Assembly (NCBI GenBank): GCA_000004695.1
Contig: CM000151.3
Span: 4,448,001-4,512,000 of the forward strand
Direction of reading: 5' to 3'
DNA length: 64,000 nucleotides
Origin: Dictyostelium discoideum
Taxonomy: Eukaryota
The translations under genes and the position numbers were made by a program. Below are positions 1 to 31,755 of the stretch, piece after piece; the stretch's first letter is position 1; each line of letters begins with the position of its first letter. The notes under the pieces were generated by a model. That model ran no database searches. It had not been told where the DNA came from and saw only the letters and a program-made list of their open reading frames with translations.

Positions 1-254
1 TATCATTATTTGTTACACCACCGATTGCAACTGATTTCTTTGGGACAGCTGCTGCTGTTGTGGTGGTTGTGGTAGTTGTTGGATTTTGATCCTTCTTTAA
101 AATTGGTTTATTATCTAATATATTTTTATTTGAAATATTAGTTTGGTAGGAACGAGTTAAATCTGCTACTGAAAGTGATGATGTATCAAAATTGATACCT
201 GATGGTACTTTAACTTTTGATAAATTACTATCATAATCATCAGAAATATTTATT

Positions 255-285
<31 letters not shown>

Positions 286-414
286 TATTGTTCTGATTAT
301 TTGTGTTATTATTACTATTACTATTACTATTACTATTATTATTATTATTATTATTATTTATATTAGTGGTGGTGGTTGATGATCCTTTTTGTGGTATATT
401 ATTACCATCATCAT

Positions 415-450
<36 letters not shown>

Positions 451-685
451 CATCGAAATTTGAAAACATCCATTGAAGTGGTTTAGATAATAATTTTGAA
501 ACCATATTTTTAAAGAATCCAGCCTTATTTGTTTGTTGATTATTTGGTGGTGATGATGAACCATTCATTAATAATGAACCATTCTCACTTTCATCTCTTT
601 CACTGTTTATAGTATTTCTATTATTTCTACCTGATGTTGAATATGGGTTATACGCAGTTTGATTTTGTCTGATTCTACCGTTCAT
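1..685 (-). CDS. Hypothetical Asn/Ser/Thr-rich low-complexity protein. The N-terminal part is in the window; the gene runs off the window's left edge.
   Basis: ATG at 685-683 (minus) in an A-rich context. The open frame reads MNGRIRQNQTAYNPYSTSGRNNRNTINSERDESENGSLLMNGSSSPPNNQQTNKAGFFKNMVSKLLSKPLQWMFSNFDESSSSSSSS... and continues without a stop to position 1. The listed ORF 358..564(-) is in a different frame. This one is absent from the ORF track because no stop codon falls inside the window. Confidence 0.45.
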
Positions 686-1267
686 TCTTTATAGATAAAA
701 AAATATTATTATTATTATTTTTATTATTTTGTTTCTTAATATTATATAATCTCTCTTTCTATATCTGTATCTCTCTCTATCTCTGTATTATCTATTACGT
801 TTAACCTATATGTGACAAAATTATGTTAGGAATTGAAAAAAAAAAAAAAAAAAAAAAATTTATTATTAGTGAATATACCTTAGAAATAAAGGAAAGTAAA
901 TTTGTTTTTATTATTATTTCTTCAATTAATTTGATAATGTGTGTGTGTGTTTTTTTTTTTTTAAAAAAAATAAAAAAAAACTCCTTTCTTTTTTTTCTTT
1001 TTTTTTTTTTTTGTTGTTTTTGCTTTTTTTTTTTTTATTTTAAACTTACAAAAAAACACTTGGGTGTATGTTTTTTTTTTTTTTTTTCCTCACTCAAAAA
1101 TCTAATTAGGTTAGGTTTGAACAACAAAAAAGAAATTATTATATATTTATTTTTATGTAAATTTATAAAAAAAATTCGTAACGATGACCTTGTGTGTTTG
1201 GGAGAGAATTATAAAAAAAAAATTTTGAAAAAAAAAATAAAAAAAAAAAAAAAAAAACAAAATTTTG

Positions 1268-1299
<32 letters not shown>

Positions 1300-1563
1300 A
1301 ATAAATAAAAAAAAAAATAGAGAAAATAAAATTGATCTGTAAAAATTTTAAAAATAAAAAAATTAATTATTGAAACATCTTAGATTTATAATTTTTATAC
1401 TATTTTTTTATTATAAATAATAATTTAACTTATTTTTACATTTTTTTTTTATTTTTTTTTTTCCAGTCCCACTAAATTTATTATTATTATTAATATATAA
1501 TATTTTAATTATTTGATCGATTATTTTTTTTTTTTTAATTTTATTTTATTTTTTTTAAATTTT

Positions 1564-1974
1564 CTATTCAGGTCTGGAAATAAAACTTAAAACAACACAA
1601 ATAGTTGCAGTGATTTCAACAAATAATGAAATGATAACTAAAATCCAACCAGTTCCAGGTCCGAATTTTACAATCAAACCACCAACACTAACAGTTCCTC
1701 TCCATTTTGAATCACAAGTTTTCACACAATAAATGAATTTTGTACCATTATCTTCATCCTTTTCAAATGCTTTAGTTGTACCAGCCATAACACAAACTGA
1801 AATAAATGTACAAATCAACATACCAATTACCATAAATCTTGCGATTGTCCATATCTTTTCATTTCTTAAAATTCCAATTTGATTTAAAATTGTAATTATA
1901 ATTATAAAAAATCCAATCATGAATGCAAATGCTGAAAATGCTAATCCAGTATTAAATATATTACGAGTACTATA

Positions 1975-2014
<40 letters not shown>

Positions 2015-2295
2015 TTAGTGAATAAATTATTTTTAATTATTATTTTTAATTATTTTCCATACTTTTTTAAATCAAAATCGCCCCAATCCATATTATCTGA
2101 AGTACTTGACGTTGTTAATGTTTCTATTGTTGAAACTATTTTAGGTGAATACATTGAAATGTCATATGTTATACCATTTACGGTATCTGCATAATTAATG
2201 TAATACCATCTGGTTGCCATACCTGCAACCAATAGACATATCGATATAAATACCAATACTAATGTTGCTATTTTTAATTTTCCAATTTCTGCCAT
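1564..2295 (-). CDS. Small 4-TM membrane protein, paralog A, ~212 aa, two exons. Exon 1 is 2063..2295 and exon 2 is 1564..1969. The intron is 1970..2062 (93 nt), GTATGG...TATAG, phase 2.
   Basis: Exon 1 encodes MAEIGKLKIATLVLVFISICLLVAGMATRWYYINYADTVNGITYDISMYSPKIVSTIETLTTSSTSDNMDWGDFDLK. The splice then restores the frame to ...NTRNIFNTGLAFSAFAF-MIGFFIIIITILNQ... (ORF 1564..1920), giving three more hydrophobic helices and a CxxxC loop. The poly-Phe N-terminus of ORF 2050..2529 is a homopolymer artefact upstream of the real ATG at 2295. Confidence 0.6.
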
Positions 2296-2297
2296 TC

Positions 2298-2331
<34 letters not shown>

Positions 2332-2591
2332 TTTTTTTTCTTTCAATAAAAAAATTATATAAATAATAATAATATAGAAATAATAATAATAATAATAATA
2401 ACTAAATTTTAAATTGTATTTTAAATTTGGAATTGAAATGGAAAAAAATAAAAAAATAAAAAAAAAACAAAAAAAAAATAAAAATAAAAAAAAAAAAAAA
2501 AAAAATAAAAATAAAAATATCATCCTCATATTTTAAAATAACTGATTTTCAAATAAAATTTTCTATCAACGCGATAAATTGGTTTATTTTT

Positions 2592-2625
<34 letters not shown>

Positions 2626-2726
2626 TTCCAAATTCTTTTTTTCTTTTTTTCTTTTTTATTTGAATTTTAATGGTCATATGACACAATGTTGTAAATATAA
2701 AAGTACATTTCTTGGTTTAAAAATTT

Positions 2727-2757
<31 letters not shown>

Positions 2758-2800
2758 CACCCAACACAAAAAAAAAAAAAAGAAAAAAAAAAATTTTATT

Positions 2801-2995
2801 TTAAATTCTCGGTATAAATGTAAATAAAAATACACAGGGTAATAAAAAAAGCTCTGATAGTAATGAACAACATGCGATAATGAAAGCTGGGCCAGGTCCA
2901 AATCCAGTTACACTATTATCGGTTTTTATTTCGCCACTCCATTTTTCATCACAACTATTATTACAATAATAAAATGAATTTGTAGAATTATTATT

Positions 2996-3026
<31 letters not shown>

Positions 3027-3578
3027 AAATTTTCTAAATCATTTTTAAAAGCTTTAGTAATTCCAGATAAAATTGAAGCTGATATTATTGTAAAAATAAA
3101 CATTAAAATAACAGCAATTCTACTAAATACAGGCATTCTTTTATTTCCATACATATGTTTTCTAAATTTAAAAAAATATGCAATTAATGATAAAATACCC
3201 AAAACAAATGCAATTATTGAAAATGCTAAACATGAATTAATTATTTTATGTGTACTTGATATTTATAAATAATTTAAAAATTAGTGTTAAAATTATTATT
3301 TATTATTATTTATTATTATTATTATTAATTTTTCAAAATTATTACCTTTTTAAATTAAAATCATTCCAATTTTTAGTGGTTTTAATATCATTATATGAAC
3401 TTGTTTGAACAATTTTTGTTGAATAAAATGTAAAATCTTCACTAATATCATACTTTATATTATAATAATTTACATAGTACCAGTTTGTAAAAAAGGTTGG
3501 AATAAGTGCACAACATGAGATGCAAATTAATATAAAACTTATAATATTACCCCAATTTTTGGGGCCGTAATACGTCAT
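2801..3578 (-). CDS. Small 4-TM membrane protein, paralog B, ~228 aa, two exons. Exon 1 is 3346..3578 and exon 2 is 2801..3254. The intron is 3255..3345 (91 nt), GTAATA...ATCAAG, phase 2.
   Basis: Exon 1 encodes MTYYGPKNWGNIISFILICISCCALIPTFFTNWYYVNYYNIKYDISEDFTFYSTKIVQTSSYNDIKTTKNWNDFNLK, then splices to STHKIINSCLAFSIIAFVLGILSLIAYFF.... It has the same architecture as paralog A, an identical exon-1 length (233 nt), and the same intron position and phase. Both share the W-Y-Y-x-N-Y...YDIS...YS.KIV motif in loop 1 and C-x-x-x-C-D-x-K-W in loop 2. Confidence 0.6.
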
Positions 3579-3890
3579 TTAAAATTATTTTATTTAAAAA
3601 GAAAAAAAAATTAATTTGCCAAAAAGGGTTTAAAAAAAAAAAAAAAAAAAATTGAAATCGAGAAAATTAAAAATAAAAAAAAAAAAAAGAAAAAAAATAG
3701 AAAATCCCAAACTTTAATTTTCTAGATAAAATGAAAATTAAAAATAATAATAAAAAAAAAACATTGTTTTTTTTGTGATTTTTAATTATTATTATTTTGA
3801 AATTTGCATTGGCAATTATTTTTTATTTTTATTTATTTATTTTTTTTTATATATACATTAATTTTAATTTTTAATTTTTTAATTTCCTGG

Positions 3891-3944
<54 letters not shown>

Positions 3945-3946
3945 CC

Positions 3947-4200
3947 TTAATTGATAAATCCTTTTTTATTTTGCTTTTCAAATGGATTATCAAAACTTAT
4001 ATTATTTTCCAAAAGAGGTGAAATTGGCAGAGGTGTAATTGATATTAATTGTGGCGATGAATTTATACTACTATTATTACTACCATCAAATGATAGTTGA
4101 GGTGATGATGATGTTGATGTCGATGTTGATATATTTGGTGAATTATTATTATTATTACTATTATTTGTATTATTATCGATACTAATGATATTGTTATTAT

Positions 4201-4247
<47 letters not shown>

Positions 4248-4527
4248 GGTAATAAAGTTATTTCATTTGAAGTGCTTGTTGGTACTACAGCAGTTGGGCC
4301 GACTGGAATAGTAATTGAACCAACAATTGTTGGGAATTCTTTTGTTATGAAATCTCTTAATTGACCCTCAACTAATGTTGAAACAAATTTAGCAGCAGCT
4401 GGAAAATCATCAAAACTTGTAACTATATTAACCTTTTTTAATGGATCTTCTGTAAAAAATGCTTCGATTTTACCACCACCATTATTATTATTACTATTAT
4501 TACTATTATTACTATTATTATTATTAT

Positions 4528-4558
<31 letters not shown>

Positions 4559-4572
4559 TGCTGATCCTGCAA

Positions 4573-4617
<45 letters not shown>

Positions 4618-5161
4618 CATTATTTAAAATTGAAACTGACAAAACACCATCAAATTCAATATCTCTAATAGTTATACTTAATGGCACAATATGTGGATTT
4701 GCAGCTGACCCAAATTTAAGCCTTTTAATTAATTCTCTTTCTTGTTTAGATGATGTAATTGTTGTTGCCATATATATTGGATTTGCCTATATTGTTAAAA
4801 TTGAAAAAATAAAAAATAAATATAAAAAAAAAAAAAAAATACGAATTTTAGAATCTTCAATTGAATGAAGGGAATGAAAATAAAAATAAAAATAAAAACA
4901 TACTTGAACCATTGTTCTTAATTCTAATAAACCATTGCCATTATATTTTATTTTAAAAACGAATTTTAAACGATTGATTGATGGATCGACTTCTAATAAT
5001 TGAATATTTGGTGCAATATCACCTAAATGAATATTATGAACTAATAGTTTATCTGTAATGTTTGGAATTGGTGGTCCACTATTTAATGTTGTATTTAGTG
5101 ATGTTTTCAATGTTTCGTAAAACTTTTCATCAAAACCTCCCCAACTTAATTTAAATGACAT
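3947..5161 (-). CDS. Mdm34-like SMP-domain protein (ERMES complex component), ~365 aa, two exons. Exon 1 is 4904..5161 and exon 2 is 3947..4786. The intron is 4787..4903 (GTATGT...ATATAG, phase 0).
   Basis: The N-terminus MSFKLSWGGFDEKFYETLKTSLNTTLNSGPPIPNITDKLLVHNIHLGDIAPNIQLLEVDPSINRLKFVFKIKYNGNGLLELRTMVQ|ANPIY... matches the conserved Mdm34/Mdm12 start (MSFxxNW...SFYE...LN...I...GxxxPxxxILE...F.GxFxI.Y.G...L.L.T.VQANP). The rest of the SMP/TULIP-like domain is interrupted by poly-N, poly-S and poly-T tracts. ORFs 4438..4620 and 4459..4668 are microsatellite artefacts inside this exon. Confidence 0.6.
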
Positions 5162-5166
5162 TTTCG

Positions 5167-5203
<37 letters not shown>

Positions 5204-5275
5204 TGATACAAGTTGTATTATTAATATTATTATTATTATATTATTATTAATGTTATTGAGTGCAAAATAGTGAAT

Positions 5276-5312
5276 GGTGGCGATGGATGGTGGCGATGGA
5301 TGGTGGTGATTG
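5276..5312. promoter_or_regulatory. GC-rich imperfect tandem repeat (GGTGGCGATGGAT x2.8) in the divergent intergenic region between the Mdm34-like (-) and Grx5 (+) genes.
   Basis: ggtggcgatggatggtggcgatggatggtggtgattg sits ~115 bp upstream of the minus-strand ATG at 5161. Everything around it is >90% A+T. Confidence 0.3.
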
Positions 5313-5800
5313 AAATAATTTAATCTAAAATTTTTGTTGTGTTTTTGAATAAAAAAAAAAAAAATAAAAAAAAAAAAAATAAAATTTTTTTTTATTTTTT
5401 TTTTATTTTTTTTTTATTTTTTTTATTTTGGCGCAAGATAACAGGATAAACCTTTTTAAAAACTTTGAAGATTGACCTGCTAAAGTTTTTTTTTTTTTTT
5501 TTTTTCTATCAATTTATTTTATTATGTATTAAATTTTATTTTGTTTTTGTTTATTTTATTTTTTATTTTCATTTTTTATTTTTATTTTTTTTTTTTTTTA
5601 TTTTTTAAATTTTATTTATATCCAAAAAAAAAAAAATACAAATTAAACAGCAAATCATTTGTTTTGGAAAAAAAAAAAAAAACGATATTTTTTTTGAATT
5701 TTTTTCATTTTATTTTTTTTTTTTTTATTTTTTCATTTTATTTTATTTTTTTTTTTTAATTAATTAAATTTCGATTTCACACCCAATACATACACATAAA

Positions 5801-6676
<876 letters not shown>

Positions 6677-6939
6677 AATTATAAATAAAATAAAAAAAAA
6701 ATAAAAATAAAAATAAAAAAAAATAATAATTATATTATCACTCTTGACACCAAGATATAATAAAGTTTTAAATCTCAACAGTTATTAAAATTATTTGTCA
6801 AAACTTAAAAACATGGAATTTATAATTATTTAGTTACTCAAATTTTTTTTATTTTAAATCCAATTCAATTGTTATTTTGTTTTTTTTTTAATTAATAATG
6901 AAATTTCATAATTAATTAATCCATGAAATTTCATTATTG

Positions 6940-6993
<54 letters not shown>

Positions 6994-7235
6994 ATTTTTT
7001 ATTTTATTATTAAAATAAAAGTTACCAAAAAAAAAAAGTTAATAAAAAACATTAAAAAATAAAAAGGTATCTTAAAATAATTATTTGGTTTTTTTTTTTT
7101 TTTTCCATAATAGTCAGTTGGAAACCTTTTGTTTAATTTTATTTATTTTGTTTTATTTTTTTTATTTGAAATGTTTTTAAGAACCAATCAAAAAAAAAAT
7201 TGATTAGATATTTTTTTTTTTTTATATTTTTTTTT

Positions 7236-8715
<1,480 letters not shown>

Positions 8716-9215
8716 AAATAATAATTTGTAAAAAAAAAAAAAAGAAAAAAACATTTTTGTTTATATTTATATTATATTTTTTTTAAGTGTTTTTTAAATT
8801 GGACAATGTTCTTGGAAAATATTTAAAATCAATATTAAATGATTTGTTTTAATTTTTAAATGAAATTACCAAAAAAGAAAGAACCCCTTTGTCAACTTTT
8901 CCATTTTTTCTTTTTTTTTTTTTTTTTCAATTTTTAACCTATAAATAATACATTAAGAATGTATTGAACATGTTTAAAGTTTACAAAGGATTTTCTTTTA
9001 TTAATTTTACTTTTTAACAAATTTATAAATATAAAAAAAACTTGGAAGTTGATAAAGGGATTTCTTTGTAGATTTGCTAAAAGGTAATATTATTTCAAAG
9101 ATTTTTTAAATGTTTTTAATGTCAATATAATATGTTTTTAATTTTTATATAATTAGTTTTATTTTATTTATTTTATTTATGTTTTTAATATTTTATTTTT
9201 TTTTATTTTATTTTT

Positions 9216-27690
<18,475 letters not shown>

Positions 27691-28279
27691 ATTTGTTTAA
27701 AATATATGAAAAAAAAAAAAAAAAATAACTACTTTTTTTTTTTTTTTTTTAATTTCTTTTTTTAAAAAAACAATATAATATATTTAAATAAAAAAAAAAA
27801 AAATAAAAAATATAAAAAAAATAAAAAAAAAAGTTTTATTTATAAATAAACATGTAAATACTAGTATTTTTTTTTCAATTGACTTTTTTTTTTTTTTTTT
27901 TTAATTTTTATTTTCAAAAAAAGATTTTTTTTTTTTATTTTTTTTTTTTTTATTTTTTTTTTTATTTTCAAAACAGGTTAGAAGGTGCCGTGCTTCTACT
28001 AAAAAAAAAAAAAAAAATAAAAAAAAAATTAAAATAAAATAAAAAAAAATAAAAATTTAAACAGAAAATTTTTTTGAAAGATTTTTAAATTACTTATATT
28101 TGATTCCTATTTTTTATTTTTCATTCTTTTTTTTTATTTTATATTAATTTTATTATAAAATTAAAAATTTCCCCATTAATTCTATTTTTTATTTTGGATT
28201 TCGCAATCAAGAAATATTTTTTTTTTTAGATTTTTTTTTTTTTTTTTTTGATTTTGATTTGTGGCCCAATCAACCGTGT

Positions 28280-28316
<37 letters not shown>

Positions 28317-28399
28317 TTTAATTTTTTATTTTTTTATTTTTAAAATTTTCTATTTTCTATTTTTATATATTTTAAATAAAAAAAAAATATATTTTAAAA

Positions 28400-30843
28400 A
28401 TGAAATCATATTATTATTTATTATTTGTATTTTTGATAATTTCCAATATTTTAAAGGTAACAAAATCTGATTTTTTATCATTTATTGGCCCTATTGATAT
28501 TGAAGATAATTCCTTTTTCGATCAATCTGTTTGGTCACCACAAAAAATTCCAACATTTTCAGATTCACTTTTAATTGGAAATGGAGCCACTTGTTGGATT
28601 ACACCATATGATAGTATTGCTTTATCCAATTCTTTAAAAATAACCAATGATTCAGTATTAGCATTAACTGGAGATTATGGAATTGATGAAAAATTTGAAT
28701 TATTTGGTGGAAATTTAATAATGGCCTTAAGATCTAATCTCCTTGCAGGTACAATCACTGCTGAAAATAGTACAATTTTAATTCAAAACTTTTTTACACA
28801 TATCAACGATTTTGATTATGATGCAATTGTAAAAGATACAAATATAACAATTTCCAGTTTTGCTACTTTATTAGTTCGTAAGTTAACCAATTCATTTAAA
28901 AAAAAATAAATAAAAATAAAAAAATATTAATTTATTTTCCGAAAAAAAAAAAAGATCATAATTCAACATTTTCATTAGATAATTCAAGTTTAACAGTTAT
29001 TAATAATGGTTATGTTGGAATTGGCGAAAATACTAAATTTTATTTAACATATCCATTAATTATGAATGATGTTAGTTTAATGGAATGTATTGGTGGTGTA
29101 ATTTGGATTAATAAATTTGATTGTTTTTTAGAATCTGAAATGAAAATTTTTGATTCAAATATTACATTTTTTGATACTGTTAATTTTTATGATTATTCAA
29201 AAGTATCATTTATTGATACCAGAGTGTTAGTACTTGGTAATATTAATTCGTATGGTAATGTAACGACAATAGTGTATGGTGGTAGTTTACTTTTAAATGG
29301 TGATTATAAGTTAAGAGATAGTTCAAGATTTTTAGTAAATGGTAAAGATACAATGGTATTTGTTAGAGGTGAATTCTCAAATATAGATGATTCAATTTTT
29401 TATTTAAATCAAAGTCAATTCCTGGTGTATGGACATGCATCATTCTCAAGTCAAAGCTACTTTGATAGTGGTTTATTCGTTGTTAATAATATTGCTATTT
29501 GGAATGGATGGGTGTTGGGTAATTATACAAATTTCGTAGTGAATGGTTCATTGGTAATTAACACATCCTATGCATCTATGGTTGAAAGTCATATTGTATC
29601 AATTGGTGATATTACAGTCAACGGTATTCTAACAACTACCAATACACGTCTTTATGTGGATCAAGGTAATTTCATTGTTAGTGATAATGCAATTCTTCAA
29701 TTAATTGGCTCAGAAGCTAGAATTAATTCAGGTCAATTAAAAATCCATCCATTGGCATATATTGATATTGTGAATTCAAGTTTCACATTGATTACAGGTA
29801 ACGTTGATACATTGGGTAACGTTTATTTAGATAGTAGTTCAGATTTAAGTAATCAAAATGGTACTTATAATCTTTATTCTGGAATTTACTATACAAATGA
29901 TACAACTGTTAAAAGTAACAATGTTACAGTTTTAAATGATGGTGTTTTCAATGTGGCTAATAATTCCGTTCAAATCAATGTTGCATTTACAAATAGTGGT
30001 AATAATTCAAATATTGCTCAATTAAATATCAATAATAATACATTATTCATTTATGATTTTAAAAATGAAAATGGTGGTGAAATAACATTAAATGGTGGTA
30101 CTTTTTCAAGTGACAATTCAATTCAATTAAATGGTGGTTCAATTAAAGGAAGTGGTTCATTCAATACTTCAATCAATCAATCAAATGGTCAATTTGGTTC
30201 AAAATCAACTGTTAATAATTTTAATATTACTGGTGATTTCATTCAATCAAATAATTCAAATAATAATACAAAAATTATCATTGTAATTGATTCATTAGAT
30301 TCTTTCTCAACTTTAAATATTGGTAATTTAGCTGATATTAATGGTATAATTGAAATTAGAATTAATCAAGATATTTTAAAAAATTTAAATAATAATAATA
30401 ATAATAATAATAATCTTGAATCAAATTTATCATCTCAAAGTGGTAGTAGTAGTGATGGTATAAAGTCAGCATCATTTAATTTAATTAGTTATAATAGTAA
30501 GACATCAAATAGTTTTAATAATATTCAATTTAAAAGTTATGATCCAAAGAGTGGTAGTGAAAGTGATATTGATAAGAATTCTTGTATTCAACCAAAATCA
30601 AAAAGTGGTTCTTCCTCTTTCTCTGTATTATTAGAACAAAATGAAGACTGTGCTAATGGAGGTGATGGTGGTGGTGGCAAAAGTAAAATATCAGGTGGTG
30701 CAATTGCAGGTATTGTAATCGGTTGTGCAGTTTTAGCAATTATTATCATATCTACAGTACACTATCGTGAAAGATTAAGATTGTTTAAAATAAACACTTC
30801 AAGAAAAATTCGTAGTATGTCTGTAAAATTAACAAAAAAATAA
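28400..30843 (+). CDS. Type-I membrane glycoprotein, ~788 aa, two exons: 28400..28877 and 28955..30843. It has an N-terminal signal peptide, a long Asn/Ser/Thr-rich ectodomain with many N-x-S/T sites and beta-rich repeats, one C-terminal TM helix, and a short basic tail. The intron is 28878..28954 (GTAAGT...AAAAAG, phase 1).
   Basis: Signal peptide MKSYYYLLFVFLIISNILKVTKS. ORFs 28400..28909 and 29062..30843 join through ...ATLLV|H|NFTFSLDNSSLTVINNGYVGIGENTKFYLTYPLIMNDVSL.... The C-terminus is ...GGAIAGIVIGCAVLAIIIISTVHYRERLRLFKINTSRKIRSMSVKLTKK. The repeats (e.g. NGGTFSSDNSIQLNGGSIKGSG) are reminiscent of parallel beta-helix / polymorphic-membrane-protein-type repeats, but I could not confirm this by eye. 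Confidence 0.7.
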
Positions 30844-30974
30844 ATTTTTTCTGTATTCCAAATCAATATCATTCATTTTTATTATTATTATTTTTTTTTT
30901 TTTTTGAATTATTTAATATTTATTTGTAATAACCTTCGCTATATGGGTATTTTAATTTTTGTTTTAAAGACCTA

Positions 30975-31133
30975 GATAATTTTGAACACTAAAATTTAAT
31001 AAATAAAAAAAAAAAATAACAAAAGAATTTTTTTAATTTCTTTTTTTTTTTTTTTTTTTTTTTTTTTCTTATTTTTTTTTTTCTTTTTTTTTTTTTTTTA
31101 ATTCTCTAATAAATTTTAGTGTTTGAAATTATC
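30975..31133. repeat. Inverted-repeat element ~130 bp downstream of the glycoprotein stop. It has ~27-bp arms (gataattttgaacactaaaatttaata / taataaattttagtgtttgaaattatc, ~85% complementary) separated by ~103 bp of T-runs.
   Basis: Read directly on the plus strand. Arm 1 is 30975..31001 and arm 2 is 31107..31133. Confidence 0.45.
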
Positions 31134-31207
31134 TAAACAATTTTAAAAAAAAAAATACAAAATAAAAAAAAAAGAAAAATTGAAGGAAAAATTTAAATTG
31201 AATCATG

Positions 31208-31223
31208 ACCAAGGAACCTTGGT
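31208..31223. promoter_or_regulatory. Perfect GC-containing palindrome ACCAAGG-AA-CCTTGGT in AT-only intergenic DNA, ~530 bp upstream of the His/Gly-rich gene.
   Basis: catgaccaaggaaccttggttat was read directly. It has 7-bp perfect arms. Candidate dimeric transcription-factor site. Confidence 0.3.
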
Positions 31224-31271
31224 TATTATAATAATAACAAAATAATTAAAATATCTAAAAAATAATTTTTT

Positions 31272-31322
<51 letters not shown>

Positions 31323-31335
31323 TGCATGGTCAAAT

Positions 31336-31696
31336 AACGTTATTATTTTTTTTTTTTGAGTGTGAGATATTTAATTTTTATTTCTTAAAATTTAAATTAA
31401 TTTTTTTTGTAACGTTGTACGTGGTAAAAATAGAAAAAAATAAAAAAAATAAAAAAAGAAAAGAAAATAATTTAAAAAAATTAAAATTCATCAAAAGAAC
31501 AAAAAAAAAAAACGTTATTCATGGGATTTTAACAATTACCACCCCCTTTTAAATATTTATTATTGAAAATTCAATAATAATGTAAAACGTTACGTAATTT
31601 TAATGGATTTTTTTTTTTTTTTTTTTTTCACATTAAAATAATCCTATAAATAGTTAATTTTTTTTTTTTTATTCAATATTAAATTAAAAACGTTAC
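31336..31696. promoter_or_regulatory. Array of five AACGTTA(Y) motifs at 31336, 31411, 31512, 31587 and 31690, spaced 75/101/75/103 bp. This is consistent with 2.x copies of a ~176-bp tandemly duplicated promoter module upstream of the ATG at 31756.
   Basis: caaatAACGTTAtt, ttgtAACGTTGTACGTgg, aaaaAACGTTAttcatgg, taaAACGTTACGTAat and aaaAACGTTActaat. CpG is otherwise very rare in this intergenic DNA. The second and fourth copies each carry an extra ACGT half-site. Confidence 0.4.
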
Positions 31697-31755
31697 TAAT
31701 AAAAACAAATAAATATTATATCAAATAAATTAATAATAATAAAAAATTTTAAAAA

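Noticed and set aside
823-1308. 161-aa ORF rich in Lys/Phe
   Set aside because: It is an artefact of poly-A and poly-T homopolymer runs in intergenic DNA, with no real codon structure. The same applies to ORFs 2579..2827, 2674..2901, 5541..5759, 28261..28470, 31322..31552, 40525..40710, 46423..46731, 50390..50593, 59691..59936 and 60002..60319.
4438-4668. Poly-Ile/Val and poly-Tyr ORFs
   Set aside because: They are translations of the (ATT)n and (CAA)n coding microsatellites within the Mdm34-like exon, in the wrong frame or strand.
8940-8960. Short palindrome atacattaagaatgtat between convergent actin and VPS13 3' ends
   Set aside because: A 7-bp stem in AT-rich DNA is expected by chance. 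It is not distinctive enough to report.
27984-28000. Isolated GC-rich 17-mer ggtgccgtgcttctact in the VPS13/glycoprotein intergenic region
   Set aside because: It is a single copy with no symmetry or repeat. It is noted only as a possible promoter element, with too little evidence to call.
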